Shown: positions 24,380 through 37,381, counted from the stretch's first letter. The stretch: 64,000 nucleotides of DNA from Chiloscyllium plagiosum (GCF_004010195.1 NC_057719.1:71750055-71814054); one strand, 5' to 3'. The notes: a model not told the origin generated them from the letters alone. A program made the numbers and translations.

Positions 24380-25975
24380 AGACCATAAAGACTATACGAC
24401 ATAGGAGTGGAAGAAAGGCCATTTGGCCCATCGAGTCCACTCCGCCATTCAATTATGGCTGATGGGCATTTCAACGTCACTTACCCACACTCTCCCCATT
24501 TCCCTTAATTCATTGTGAGATTAAGAGTTTATCAATTTCTGCCTTGAAGACATTTAACGTCCCAGCCTCCACTGCACTCCATGGCAATGTATTGCACAGG
24601 CCCACCACTCTCTGGCTGAAGAAATGTCTCCTCATTTCTGTTTTAAATTGAACCACTCTAAATCTAAAGCTGTGCCCATGGGTCCTAGTAACCCCGCCTG
24701 ACAGAATCAAATTCCCAGCATCCACCCTTTCTAAGCCATGCATTATGTTGTAAGTTTTTATTAGATCTCCCCTCAACCTTCTAAACTCTAATGAAAACAA
24801 TCCCAGGATCGCAGCCGTTCATCGTATGTTAGGCGTACCATTCCAGGGATCATCTGTGTAAATCTCCATTGGACATGGTCCAATGCTAGTATATCCTTCC
24901 TGAGGTGTAGGGCCCAAAACTGGACACATTATTCTAAATGGGACCTGACCAGAGCTTTATAAAGTCTCAGTAGCACATCACTACTTTTCCATTGACAACG
25001 TTACATTTGCTTTCTTAACCACGGACTTAACCTGCAAGTCAACCTTTGGAGAATCCTGGACTAGCTCCCAGATCCATTTGTAATTTGGCTTTATGAATTT
25101 TCTCACCATTTAGAAAATAGTCCATGCCTGTATTCTTTTTTCCAAAGTGTAAGACCTCGCATTTGCTCCCATTGAATTTCAACAGCCATTTCTTGGACCA
25201 CTCTCCTAAACTGTCTAAATCTTTCTGCAGCCTCCCCACCTCCTCAGTACAACCTCAGTACGAACTTTCGGTGAACTTCACCAGAATGCCCCCAATCCCT
25301 TCATCCAGATAATTAATATATAAAGTGAACAGCTGCGACCCCAACATTGAACCCTGCGGGACACCACTTGTCACTAGCTGCCATTCCGAAAAAGAACCTT
25401 TTATCCCAACTCTCTGCCTTCTGTCAGACAGCCAATCCTCAATCCATGCCAGTAGCTCACCTCGGACACCATGGACCCTCCCCTTACTCAGCAGCCTCCC
25501 GTGAGGCACTTTATCAAAGGCTTTTTGGAAGTCTAGAAAGATAACATCCACTGGGTTTCCCTGGTCTAACCTACTTGTTACCTCTTCAAAGAATTCTAAC
25601 AGGTTTGTCAGGCACGACCTCCCCTTACTAAATCCATGCTGACTTGTTCTAATCCAACCCTGCGCTTCCAAGAATTTAGAAATCTAATCCTTAACGATGG
25701 ATTCTAGAATTTTACCTACAACCGAGGTTGGGCTAATTGGCCTGTAATTTTCCATCTTTTCTCTTGATCCTTTCTTGAACAAGGGGGTTACAACAGTGAT
25801 TTTCCAATCATCTGGGACTCTTCCTGACTCCAGTGATTTTTGAAAGATTACAACCAACGCCTCCGCTTTTTCTTCAGCCACCTCCCTCAGAACTCTAGGA
25901 CGTAGCCCATCTGGGCCAGGAGATATATCAATTTTTAGACCTTTTAGCTTTTCTAGCACTTCCTCTTCTGTAATG
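24380..25975 (-). mobile_element. CR1 LINE, 5'-truncated
   Basis: ORFs 25684, 25255, 25039 and 24510(-): SPGPDG, NYRPISPTS, SQHGFSKGRSCLTNL, DFQKAFDKVPH, GVPQGS, RRLRGDLI; tail at about 24380. Confidence 0.95.
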
Positions 25976-28315
25976 GAATGTCTCCAGCCAAATTCCTTAC
26001 TGGAGCTACTGTGTGGGTCCTTCTATGACAACAAGAGGGGGAAAAAAAAGAGTTGTTAATTTAAATGGGCAATCTTCATTGGCCAAACTAAAGATGGTAA
26101 TATTCAGAGAAAGCTTTTAATTACGTATTTTGATTTGTAAACAATTCATGTACTCTGCAAAATCTGCTAGTAATATTAACCTTTCAAATTAACAGAAATT
26201 ATTTTTGCAGGCCTTGAAAAAACACATGTAAGTGCAAAATCTGCAAAAACAAGTAGAATGTATTTGAATCTTGTTTTGTTGAATGTACACATTATAGATT
26301 ATGTCTTAAATTTTCAGTATAAATTGCCTTAATAATGTAAAGTGTCATTGTCATCCACCATGATCATTTCACATTTCACATACTGAACAGTAGCCACAAG
26401 TAATGCTTTTCATAAATCAAATTTTAAATATACATAGAGGATTTGGCTATAAAGTTAACTTCTTCATTATTCTTGAATAAAGAAAACCTGGCAAGAGAAA
26501 CTGGAACCTGTGTGAACTTGTGAGTTGTTTGAGTTCAATTTCATCAGAACCTCTTGTTTTAGGTAATATGGCTTCAGAATAAGGAGTCACCTGTTTAAAA
26601 CAGAAATAAGGAGGAAAGTTTTGGCCAGAATGCCATGAATCTTTGGAATTCTCGGCCTCAGAGAACAATTGAGGCTGAGTTAAACACATACTAAGAAGCT
26701 ACAGGTTATGGTGGACAGACAGTAATATGGAGTTCAGATTTCATTGAATCATGGAGCATGCTCGACAGGTTGAGTGGCCTTCTCCTGTTATGTTTTTATG
26801 TACATAAATCACTATTAGTTGTTCATTTTTTTCTGTTGCGTGTTTATAATATTTATTTTACTTAAAATAAAGCTCAAGTAAGAGTCAGATTCACACTCAA
26901 TCTTAGATCTCTGCATTCATCTGTAGCTTTTGCTATAAACAAACCATGTTCTTTGGTTTCCTTTTCATGGTACATTTCAGAAATTAGTTCTCTGTGGAGC
27001 AAAAAGCCCCTCTGGTGGTGATGTAGCTCATTTTACTCTAAAGACCAGATTGTTGATATCAGATTCTTAACATACTTTCTATGCAATGTCAATACACACC
27101 ATTTAACAATAATAAATAGCATTTTAAAGGCACGTTTCCTTTGTGTGCTGTTAATGAAAAGGTACTGTGGGCAAACAAATGAACAAAATTAGCAGGAAAT
27201 AATCACAGACTTTTCTCATGAATGTCTCTTCTCTCAACATTTATTGTGTTCTGCATGTATTTGAACAAAAAACACAGGAAACAAACATATTTATTGGAAA
27301 TAAATGAAAACAAATTATGCATGTTTAAATAAAGAAAGGGTCCATGAACCTGAACAGCAGTAGCTAACCTCAAGTGAAAATTGGAGATAGCTTTGAACAG
27401 GACAAATCTTCTGTACTACTATAGTGACACAAATGGAGCTTGTAAAAGTTTATCATTTCTTGTTATCAGTCCTGTAAGAATGTTCTATAATACTGCATTG
27501 TGCTGTAGTATTGAAAAAGTACAATTAGAAGATGTTTTCATATCAATTTAAAGTTATTGAACCAGGCTATATTGTTATTATAGATAAGGAAGATATAGGA
27601 TTTTGAAAGTTATACTATGTAGGAAAGATAAATATAGGATCATAAAAATGATAAAGCAGAGAAGTGATTTCTCAACATCTCTTTTTGCCTTGAAATCCAT
27701 GTTCCAATGCGCTCCAGGCTGGCATCATTATATTAAACCTTCATTATCTCTAATCTATTCACTCAACCATTATTGCTGTCCTCTCCTTGCTGAGGTATAT
27801 TGCCTCCTCAGTGCAAAAATTGGTTTCAGTCCTCATCTCTTGCTATCTTCACCCTCCATCATTTCTTTATCTCCTCTTTCTTTCACCTTATCATTAGCAG
27901 CATTGCTTTTGGCAATCTAAGACCTCAACTTTAAAATTCCCTCCCTCAACCTGAGCATCTTTTTCCTCTTATTCCTTAAAACCCACCCTGATCAAGACCC
28001 GTTGACATATCTTTCGTTGGCTCTTCTTCATATTCATGGCAGCATTGCACACCTTACATGCAAACTTTGTGTTAATTATTGGATTTATTTGACTTTAGCC
28101 AGCATAACACTATAGAAAGAATATTATGCCAGTCACCTTGTGTTTGCTAAATTTTCTGTGAAAGAGAAACAATTATATTTGTGTGGTGTTCATTTATTAT
28201 GGTTTTGCTCAAATTAGACAGTTATTGACTCGACACCATTCCTGAAAAATTATATAATTATTAACTTCTGAACAAGATATTAATCTCTGATCCTGTTAGA
28301 TGCAGATGAAAGATT

Positions 28316-29494
28316 CCATGGACTTCAGTAAGGCGTTTGACAAGGTTTCCCATGGGAGACTGGTTAGCAAGGTTAGATCTCATGGAATACAGGGAGAACT
28401 AGCCATTTGCATACAGAACTGGCTCAAAGGTAGAAGACAGAGGGTAGTGGTGGAGGGTTGTTTTTCAGACTGGAGGTCTGTGACCAGTGGAGTGCCACAA
28501 GGATCGGTGCTGGGTCCTCTACTTTTTGTCTTTTACATAAATGATTTGGATGTGAGCATAAGAAGTACAACCAGTAAGTTTGCAGATGACACCAAAATTG
28601 GAGGTGTAGTGGACAGCGAAGAAGTTTACCTCAGATTACAACAGGATCTGGACCAAATGGGACAATGGGCTGAGAAGTGGCAGATGGAGTTTAATTCAGA
28701 TAAATGCGAGGTGCTGCATTTTGGGAAAGCAAATCTTAGTAGGACATATACACTTAATGGTAAGGTCCTAGGGAGCGTTATGAACAAAGAGACCTTGGAG
28801 TGCAGGTTCATAGCTCCTTGAAAGTGGAGTCGCAGGTAAATAGGATAGTGAAAAACACATTTGGTATGCTTTCCTTTATTGGTCAGAGTATTGAGTACAG
28901 GAGTTGAGAGGTCATGTTGCAGCTGTATAGGACATTGGTTAGGCCACTGTTGGAATATTGCATGCAATTCTGGTCTCCTTCCTATCGGAAAGATGTTGAA
29001 AGGGTTCGGAAAGGATTTACAAGGATGTTGCCAGGGTTGGAGGATTTGAGCTATGGGGGGAGGCTGAACAGGCTGGGGCTGTTTTCCTGGCAGCATGAAG
29101 GCTAACAGGTGACCTCATACAGGTTTATAAAATCATGAGGGGCATGGATAGGATAAATAGACAAAGTCTTTTCCCTGGGGTGGGGGAGTGCAGAACGAGA
29201 GGGCGTAGGTTTAGGGTGAGAGGGGAAAGATATAAAAGTGACCTAAGGGGCAACATTTTCACACAGAGGATGGTACGTGTATGGAATGAGCTGCCAGAGG
29301 AAGTGGTGGAGGCTGGTACAATTGCAACATTTAAGAGACATTTGGATGGGTATATGAATAGGAAGGGTTGGAGGGGTATGGGCCGAGTGCTGGCAGGTGG
29401 GATTAGATTGGGTTGGGATATCTGGTCGGCATGCACGGGTTGGACCGAAGGGTCTGTTTCCATGCTGTATATCTCTATGACTCTGTGACTCTAT
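28316..29494 (+). mobile_element. CR1 LINE (HER1-like), 5'-truncated, relatively young
   Basis: ORF 28300 MDFSKAFDKV..GVPQGSVLGPLLF..YINDL..KFADDTK; (ctatgact)n tail. Confidence 0.95.
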
Positions 29495-29569
29495 GGTCGA
29501 CATTTATTTAAAGAAAAATTTATTGGCCAATATAGGACTGTTAAACAATACTGTGGTTTTTGAGTATTG

Positions 29570-30085
29570 CTGAGAAAAGAAACACTTGTTGAAGCATTCA
29601 TCTTGCATTCATCAGGATAATTGTAAAAAATCCCAATTTAAGGAAAAAACTCAACATTTATACTGTTTGAAAGGAGAATGCTGATTAGTTGGAAAGTGAA
29701 CTGTGATTGATAGAGGTGTTACCAGGGAGAATACATTTCAAAACAAGCAAGTTGACTCTGGCTGCACAAGGTATCACCCTGAGAAAAGATCATGCAAATG
29801 GTTTTCACCTATTCTGTTGAGTTGAAACAGGTGCAGTTTGTGCATTCCATCACTTAGAATACTGTGCTGAATTTAAAATATTTAGCTTCTAGTACAAGCA
29901 AGTGTATACAACATTGTGAGCCTGACTAACAATCCTAAATTGTTTGTCAGCATGTTTTTTTTCCCTCATACTCAGAATTATCCAGAAAATGTCTAACCAG
30001 GGAATCACATTTAATGTTGGACACTGTGTTGAGAGTTTTGCTATCACAAGCTAGTTGGGTACAAACAGTACCTTCTTTGTTGAAG
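29570..30085 (-). mobile_element. Penelope-like element 3' end: GIY-YIG endonuclease C-terminus, 3' UTR and hammerhead remnant
   Basis: Frameshifted minus translation NIKCDSLVRHFLDNSE..KQFRIVSQAHNV..LLVLEAKYF resembles PLE S.I..HL....F.I.......LEA.YI; downstream tcCTGATGAatgcaagatGAAtgcttc at 29586-29617(-). Confidence 0.7.
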
Positions 30086-31294
30086 AATTATCTTATAAGT
30101 GTATGGCATAAAATGTTAGTTGATCATTTTTCAAATTTGTCATTTTTGAGACATTGCTGAGAACAATTTGGCAACTTATGTAGTGATAACTTCAAAAGTA
30201 TTTAATTGGGCATGAAGTATTATAAATGCTATAAGATAATGAAAGACATTTAAAAAATGCAAGTTAGTTCTTTCTTCCTTAAAAACTCCTAAGAGGGCCT
30301 ATTAGTTATGCATTTAGTAAATTCAGATCTAGCCAAAGGCTAAGATAAACTTTGGCCTCAGATAATTCATAGATTCATAGAGTCATGTGGCACGCAAATA
30401 GACCCTTCTGTCCAACTTGTCCATGCTGACCAAGTTTCCCAAATTAAACATAGAAACATAGAAGATAGAAGCAGGAGGAGGCCATTTGGCCATTCAGGCC
30501 TGCTCTGCTATTCATCACAATCATGGCCTACTCAATAGCCTCATCCTATTTTCTTCCCATAACCTTTGATCCTATTCGCCCCAAGTGCCATATCTAGCCC
30601 CCTCTTGAATATGTTCAATGTTTTGGCATCAACTACTTCCTATGGTCATGAATTCCACAGGCCCACCATTCGTTGGGTGAAGAAATGTCTCCTCATCTCC
30701 GTCCTAAATGGTCTGATTTTCAGATTCTTATCCCTGGTTCTGGACATGTGCACCATTAGGAACATCCTTTGTGTATTTACCCTGTCTAGTCCTGTTTGAA
30801 TTTTATACGTCTCTATGAGATTCCCCCCCTCACTCGTTTGAACAATCCTAACTTAGTCAATCTCTCTCGTAGATCATTACAGCCATCCCCGGAATCAGCC
30901 TGGTGAATCTTCTCTATACTCCCTCATGAGCAAGAGTATCCTTCCTCAGAAAAGGAAACCAAAACTGCACACAATATTCTGGGCGTGGCCTCACCAAAGC
31001 CCTGTAAAATTAAAACAATTTGGGCCCTGCTCCTCTACTCAAAACCTCTTGCAATGATGGTCAACATACCATTTTCCCTCTTTTACCTCCTGCTGTACCT
31101 GCATGCCTACCTTCAGCAACTGGTGCACAAGAACACCCAGGTCCCGCTGCACACTCCTCTCTCCCAGTTTACAGCCATTCAGGTAGTAATCTGCCTTCTT
31201 GTTTTTGCTTCCAAAGTCAATAACCTCATGTTTATCCAAATTATACTGCATCTGCCATTGATCTGCCCACTCCACCCAAACTGTCCAGATATGC

Positions 31295-31386
31295 CAGACA
31301 ACCACCTGATGAAGGAGCAGCGCTCCGAAAGCTAGTGCTTCCAAATAAAACTGTGGGACTAAAACCTGGTGTTGTGTGATTTTTAA
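31295..31386 (+). mobile_element. 92-bp PLE-derived element, family C, exact 10-bp TSD
   Basis: TSD ccagatatgc at 31285-31294 and 31387-31396; interrupts CR1 ORF2; carries a hammerhead-like core and aataaa. Confidence 0.8.
31303..31337 (+). ncRNA. Minimal hammerhead-ribozyme-like motif (family C)
   Basis: cac-CUGAUGA-A-GGAGC-agc-GCUCC-GAAA-G-CUA-gug: stem I cac/gug, stem II GGAGC/GCUCC, AGCU palindrome, CUA as NUH. Confidence 0.7.
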
Positions 31387-31695
31387 CCAGATATGCTGAA
31401 GCATCTCTATATCCTCATCACAGCTCGCCCTCTCACCCAACTTGGTACCATCTGCAAACTTTGAAATGTTACATTTTGTTCCCTCGTCCAAATCATTAAT
31501 ATATATTAGTGAATAGCTGGGGCCCTAGCACCAATCCCTGTGGCAGCTCATTAGTTTCTGCCTACCAATTAATTCCTTGTTTCCTCTCTGCCATCCAGTT
31601 TGCTATCCATCTCAATACACTTCCCCAAATCCAATGCATGTTAATCACAATAATCTCTTGTGTGGATCCTTGTCAAATACTTTATGAATGTCTGA

Positions 31696-32357
31696 ATTGG
31701 AGGTGTAGTGGACAGCGAAGAGGGTTACCTCAGATTACAACAGGATCTGGACCAAATGGTACAATGGGCTGAGAAGTGGCAGATGGAGTTTAATTCAGAT
31801 AAATGCGAGGTGCTGCATTTTGGGAAAGCAAATCTTAGCAGGACTTATACACTTAATGGTAAGGTCCGAGGGAGTTTTGCTGAACAAAGAGACCTTGGAG
31901 TGCAGGTTCACAGCTCCTTGANNNNNNNNNNNNNNNNNNNNNNNNNNNNNNNNNNNNNNNNNNNNNNNNNNNNNNNNNNNNNNNNNNNNNNNNNNNNNNN
32001 NNNNNNNNNNNNNNNNNNNNNNNNNNNNNNNNNNNNNNNNNNNNNNNNNNNNNNNNNNNNNNNNNNNNNNNNNNNNNNNNNNNNNNNNNNNNNNNNNNNN
32101 NNNNNNNNNNNNNNNNNNNNNNNNNNNNNNNNNNNNNNNNNNNNNNNNNNNNNNNNNNNNNNNNNNNNNNNNNNNNNNNNNNNNNNNNNNCAATTGCAAC
32201 ATTTAAGAGGCATTTGGATGGGTATATGAATAGGAAGGGTTTGGAGGGATATGGGCCGGGTGCTGGCAGGTGGGTCTAGATTGGTTTGGGATATCTGGTC
32301 GGCATGGACAGGTTAGACCGAAGGGTCTGTTTCCATGCTGTACATCTCTATGACTCT
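31696..32357 (+). mobile_element. CR1 (HER1-like) 3' end nested in the minus-strand CR1, spanning a gap
   Basis: Near-identical to 28600-28820 and 29320-29480; ctatgact tail. Confidence 0.9.
31922..32190. other. Assembly gap (269 N)
   Basis: Run of n. Confidence 1.
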
Positions 32358-33633
32358 AAATATACCACATGGACTGGTTCTCCCTTATCAACTCTACTAG
32401 TTACATTTTCATAGAATTCCAACAGATTTATCAAGCATGACATCCTCTTCACAAACCCATGTGGGTTCTGTCTGATTCTGCCACTGCTTTCTAAATGCTC
32501 TTCTATAAAGTCCTTGATAATGGATTCTAAAATTTTGCCCACTACCCATGTTAGGCTTACCGGTCTACAAACCCCTGGTTTCTCTCGTCCTCCGTTTTTG
32601 AATATTGGAGTAATGTTAGCTGCCCTCCAATCTGTAGGGACTCTTCCAGAGTCTATACAATCCTAGAAGATGACCACCAATGCATTCACTATCTCAAGAG
32701 TCACTTCCTTAAGTCCTCTGGGATAGAGATTATCAGGCCCTGGGGATTTATCCGCTTTCAATCCCCTCAATTTTCCCAGCATTATTTCTCTACTAATATT
32801 GATCTCTCCTCTCACTAAACCTTGTATTCTCCAATATTTCTGGTATCTGATTTGTGTCCTCTTTTGTGAAGGCAGAACCAAAATATGTATTCAGTTGCTC
32901 AGTCATTTCTTTGTCCCCTATTATACACTCCCTAATTTCTGTCTGTATGGGATCTACATTTGTCTTCACGAGTCTTTTTCGTTTCACGTACCTACAGAGA
33001 CTCTTAGTGTTAGTCTTAATGTTTCCTGCAAGCTTACCTTCATGCTATATTTTCCCCTTCTTATCAATTCCTTGGTCCTTCTTTGCTGAATTCTAAACTG
33101 CTCTGAACAAGTTCCATTTGCCTGCATTTGGTCCAAATACCTCTAAACATTTCCTATTCGTATACTTGCCCAAATGCATTTTGAATGTTATGATTGTACC
33201 TGCATCTACCACTTTCTCTGGCAATTCATTCCATATATAAATCACCAACAGTAAAAGTTACCCCTCAGGTCCCTTTTAAATCTTTCACCTCTCACCTTAA
33301 AAATATGCCCTCTACTCATGAAATCCCCTACCATAGAGAAAAGATTTTGTTTATTCACCTTATCTATGACCCTCATGACTTTATAAGCCTTGATAAGGTC
33401 ATCCCTCAACTCCTACTCTCCAGTGAAAGAAGGCCCAGCCTGTCAGGCCTCTCATTGTAACCCAAACCATCTAGTCCCTGCTACATCCTTCTCTAATGTA
33501 ATAATATCCTTCCTATAGCAGGGTGACCAGAACTGTACACAGAACTCCAAAAGTGGCCTCACCATGATGTCCCAACTCCTTTTCTCAACGATCTGAGAAA
33601 TGAAGACAAGTGTGACAAATGCCTTTTTTACCA

Positions 33634-33742
33634 GAAACAAAAGCATAAATTGCTGGAAAATCACAGCAGGTATGGCAGCATGAGTGGAGAGAAATCAGAG
33701 TTAACATGTCGGGTCCAGTAACTCTTCCACAAAACGTTCTCA
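33634..33742 (-). mobile_element. Short PLE-derived element, family B, with TSD
   Basis: Reverse of the family B body; repeats gccttttttacca (33621-33633) and gccttctttacca (33743-33755); ribozyme core decayed. Confidence 0.7.
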
Positions 33743-36599
33743 GCCTTCTTTACCACCCTATCTACCTGTGAAGCAAATTTCAAAGAACTATGTACCTGAA
33801 CTCTTATGCCTCTCTGTTCAGTAACACTCCACAGAGCCCTACCATTAATTGTATAAGTCCTGCCCTTCTCTGTCTTGGCAAAATGCAACAAAGCATTTTC
33901 TTGGTTCCAATTTGCATTTCAAATTGATCTGATATTTTCTTCATGTGCTTTCTGTGGAAGGCGAGTTGTTTTAAGACCCGCATTAGCTTAACCAGGTGTT
34001 ATCCTTTTTTGTATGTCAAAGGTTGTTTATATTTCTGCTTCAATTTTATATTCTTTACACATACTCCAGTACTTTTCTTTATTCAATGGGCAAAATGGTT
34101 TCATTCTGCTCCTGTGCCATATGCAGTCTTACGGTCAAGTAGATTCAATCCCACGTAAAAGTTGAAATGGTGCAGACTTCACTGCATAACTTTGTGGATT
34201 CACAAATCACCATATTTTATTCCAAAAAAGTCACATTTATAGGAATATAAACATAATTAAATTGACAAAGACCATATTATTGCTATAATTAGATGAAATA
34301 TTTTATCCCAGAATAATCTTTGTCACTAATACCAATTAAGTTGCATTTCTTGGTCTTCTGGAATAATACATAAATATTGTAAGAATATGAAGCAAATTAA
34401 TAAATGTCAAATTAATTTAAATAATGCTTTAGAATATTGGATAAGGCCTTGAGTTAATGCATTTTGTCTTTGAGATTTGGTTACAAATTTAGTGTGAACA
34501 ACATGAAGGAAGTATCCTCTTTAAAATACCCGAGGAATCCTGTGCGAAATGAGCTTAACTTGCTACTTGTCTATCTCTGACTGGATATCCACCACATTTG
34601 TGGATATATTTGTACAAAATACAAACAGATTAGCCAGAAATTTTGCAGTTGCACCCTAAAAACCCTGAGAATGACTGTTGTAGAAAATGAAAGGACCATG
34701 TCAGTACAGTGGGAGATGTGTCACTGTCTTGATGTTGGGATAGCATGCCAGTTTTTAAGTCAGCACATAGGAAGCTGAATTTGAACTTCAAGTGATTGAT
34801 GCTGATTAATTCTGACTAATCTGTCACATTGTCAATTTCTCAGTGCCAACATTCCTCACCTTAATGGGAAGAAACGCTGACCAAAATAGGAAGAAAACTT
34901 AGTTGAATTTGGCTTTATCCTCCACATTCTTTGTCACTATATCAACAGAATTGTTTTGCAAAAAGACAGCTTTATTTTATAACACCAAAGTATTTTAATA
35001 GTCCGGTTTGAGACCCAGCAGTGCTACCAAATGCCTGTGAAATATTTTGAAGGTGCATTTAATTTTTAGTTTTGTTTCAGTTTTATTTTATCTCTATCCT
35101 CCCCATAATATTATTGTTTTATTCTCTTTTGTACAGGTAATTTTCCTATAATGTGCGTTTTGTAAACACAATTTGGCTGTAATACAAATTGTGAATTGTG
35201 GACTTTTTTTAATGAAGTGAACTCTTATTGGTTATTGCACGATTCCATCCCATATTAACACCCAGCTGTGATTTATCCTGCTGGTGTATCTATTGCAACA
35301 GATTGTCATCTGTAAGAGTGTATATTTTAATTTCTATCTGCAACTAAGATAGTTTTGTTCATTTCCAACAGTGAGAAAAACAAAGTGAGAGTATCAAACC
35401 TCCTCCCAGGGCTAACCGTTTAATCGTTTCGGGGGTAACACCACACCACTCTCCACCAACTTGACAAAGAGCCCCATCCCAGCTGAACTCCCACTGCTCT
35501 CAGGGAAAGCAACATTGGAATATTTTGCCGGATTGCTTACTGGGATCATGTATAGAGTTGGGGAGGAGGGGAGGAATGGGCTGTGGGAGCCAAGGATTGG
35601 GAAGAGAGAGTGAAAGATAAGGAGTGTTGGAAAGTGTAAATGCAATGATGTCCAGTGAGTGTTGGAGAGTAAGCAGGGCTTTTTGTTAAGGAGAGGATCA
35701 GTTGCAGGCTATCTGAAGTTTCAATACATGGTGACTTTACAAAAGAGGGTGTATGTGTGTGAAAGGGGGGAACATGTGAAACTCAGGATGGACCACTGGC
35801 GACCCTCATCTTTCCCCACCCCACCCAACCCCAAGTTATGCCTGATCCAAGTTCACCCGGTCTCCATTTGAAGGAGGGAAGTGGGAGGATCTGAGAATCT
35901 CAGCCCCTCATTTTCTCTGAAACCCCAGATTCATTGAAACCTCCAGCTGTTCAGAGCATCCCAGCCCTTTAGCCAGCCCCTCAAAAAAAGAGATTTTGCT
36001 CATTCCAAAAAGTCTTGCTGCTTTTGTTTTTCCTCTTTGCAAATGTTTTTGGGAATAAGTTTGTTGGGGAGAAATCCCATTGTTTTAAAGTCTCTATCCA
36101 CAATATGAAGTGACTTCTTAGCTGGAAATGAAAGTTAGAAGCTGAAATAGCATTTAAGTAGCATTGTGTTCAACAGTGGCCTGCAAATTTAAGACAGGAC
36201 ATTATTTAATTCAGAAACCCCTCAAAGTGTTAAGCTTACTGTATTATTTCATTGAAAAATCTATCTGATTTAAAAGTTTACTTAGCCTGTGTGACGGTTT
36301 GTGTGAGACTAACTACTGTTTTTGTTTCAATTTTTACTGGCATTTTTGGTGGTTTGCCCCAAGCCTGTTTTCCCATAGGCCCTGTTATTTCTATTCTGTG
36401 ATTTTCTATAACATGATGTTGCATGGGAATGCAATTACCATGTTATGGGAAAACTACCTGTGGGTCATAAGAGACAACAAGCAAGATTAGATAGAAACCT
36501 ATCTAAGACACGTGACCACCCATTGAGAGTGATTCATGGATCCCTCACCAGTGTTTCTCCTCATTAGTAACCCCCATCACCCTCTCCCTTTGAAGAAGC

Positions 36600-36900
36600 T
36601 GGCATAATCAAAGTTCTCACAAAATCTGGGAACTTACCATTTGATGTTAAGTGAGAAAAAGCCACTCCCCATCTGTGGTTTTATGGGTCAGAAAACTGCC
36701 TGTCACACCATTAAATCATCATCAGAGTTTCTAGGCTAAAAGGAATACGAAGTCTTTTATCAGATTGGGGCTTGCAATTCATGATTATCCTTTACCTGAT
36801 GGAAGTGATGCAGGCAATAGGCAAACCTTGTGCTGCCAGTTCTTTGTCATGACAATGATGTGTAATCAAAACTACTGTGTAGCTCCACATTCATAACATT
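36600..36900 (+). mobile_element. Possible Gypsy integrase core relic
   Basis: Translation near 36727-36850 SRLKGIRSLLSDWGLQFM..LMEVMQAIG..ASS resembles FSR.G.P..L.SD.G.QF.S......LG....SS. Confidence 0.4.
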
Positions 36901-37215
36901 CAGAAACATTTACCTGTCCAATATGAATGTTATGTCTGCAAAAGTATAATCAGATTCTTCAGGAATGGCCTACTGTTTACATCGCATCCTAGAAGATGCC
37001 ATGTGCCTATATCTCTTGCATCTCTTCTGTTTAGACAGTAAACAATGAAATTCTTCTCCTCATACAAAATGTTCAGGAAAGATAGAAAGGAATAAAAATC
37101 AGGAGCAATAGTGGTGATTAAGAAGCGTATTGTAATGTTGAAGGGCTGTCTATCCCAGAGGGTTCAAGGCCAGAATTGATTTGACCTAGATCTAAGGAAA
37201 AGGAAACTGCAATTA

Positions 37216-37381
37216 CAGATGAACCTCAATTATCCAAAGGACACTTGCTGACTGTATTTTGTTCAGTTAATCGAATTCCAGATAATCGAATGGCAGATAA
37301 CATAGTTTAGCTGAGCATTGTGATCTTGCCAGGTAATCCGATATTCGGATAAGTGAATGCTGGATAATCGAGGTTCCTCCG
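37216..37381. mobile_element. Tc1/mariner-pogo MITE, 166 bp
   Basis: TIRs cagatgaacctcaattatcca / tggataatcgaggttcctccg; TA on both sides (37214-37215, 37382-37383). Confidence 0.88.

Larger units (their letters stand above)
30448..33104 (-). mobile_element. CR1 LINE of a second subfamily nested in the HER1-like copy
   Basis: (gaaacata)n tail at 30448; ORFs 31039, 32348, 32663 and 32793(-) with SKFADGTKLG, PHGFVKRMSCL.NL, DKSPGPD. Confidence 0.88.
30370..33890 (-). mobile_element. CR1 (HER1-like) split into 30370-30447 and 33105-33890 by nested insertions
   Basis: Tail and 3' UTR at 30370-30447 resume at about 33105 (gttccatttgcctgcatttgg); ORFs 33452 and 33661(-) are CR1 ORF2. Confidence 0.75.

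Noticed and set aside
35352..35390. Possible 13-nt microexon (tttccaacag|tgagaaaaacaaa|gtgaga)
   Set aside because: Not frame-preserving, weak donor and no partner exons found.
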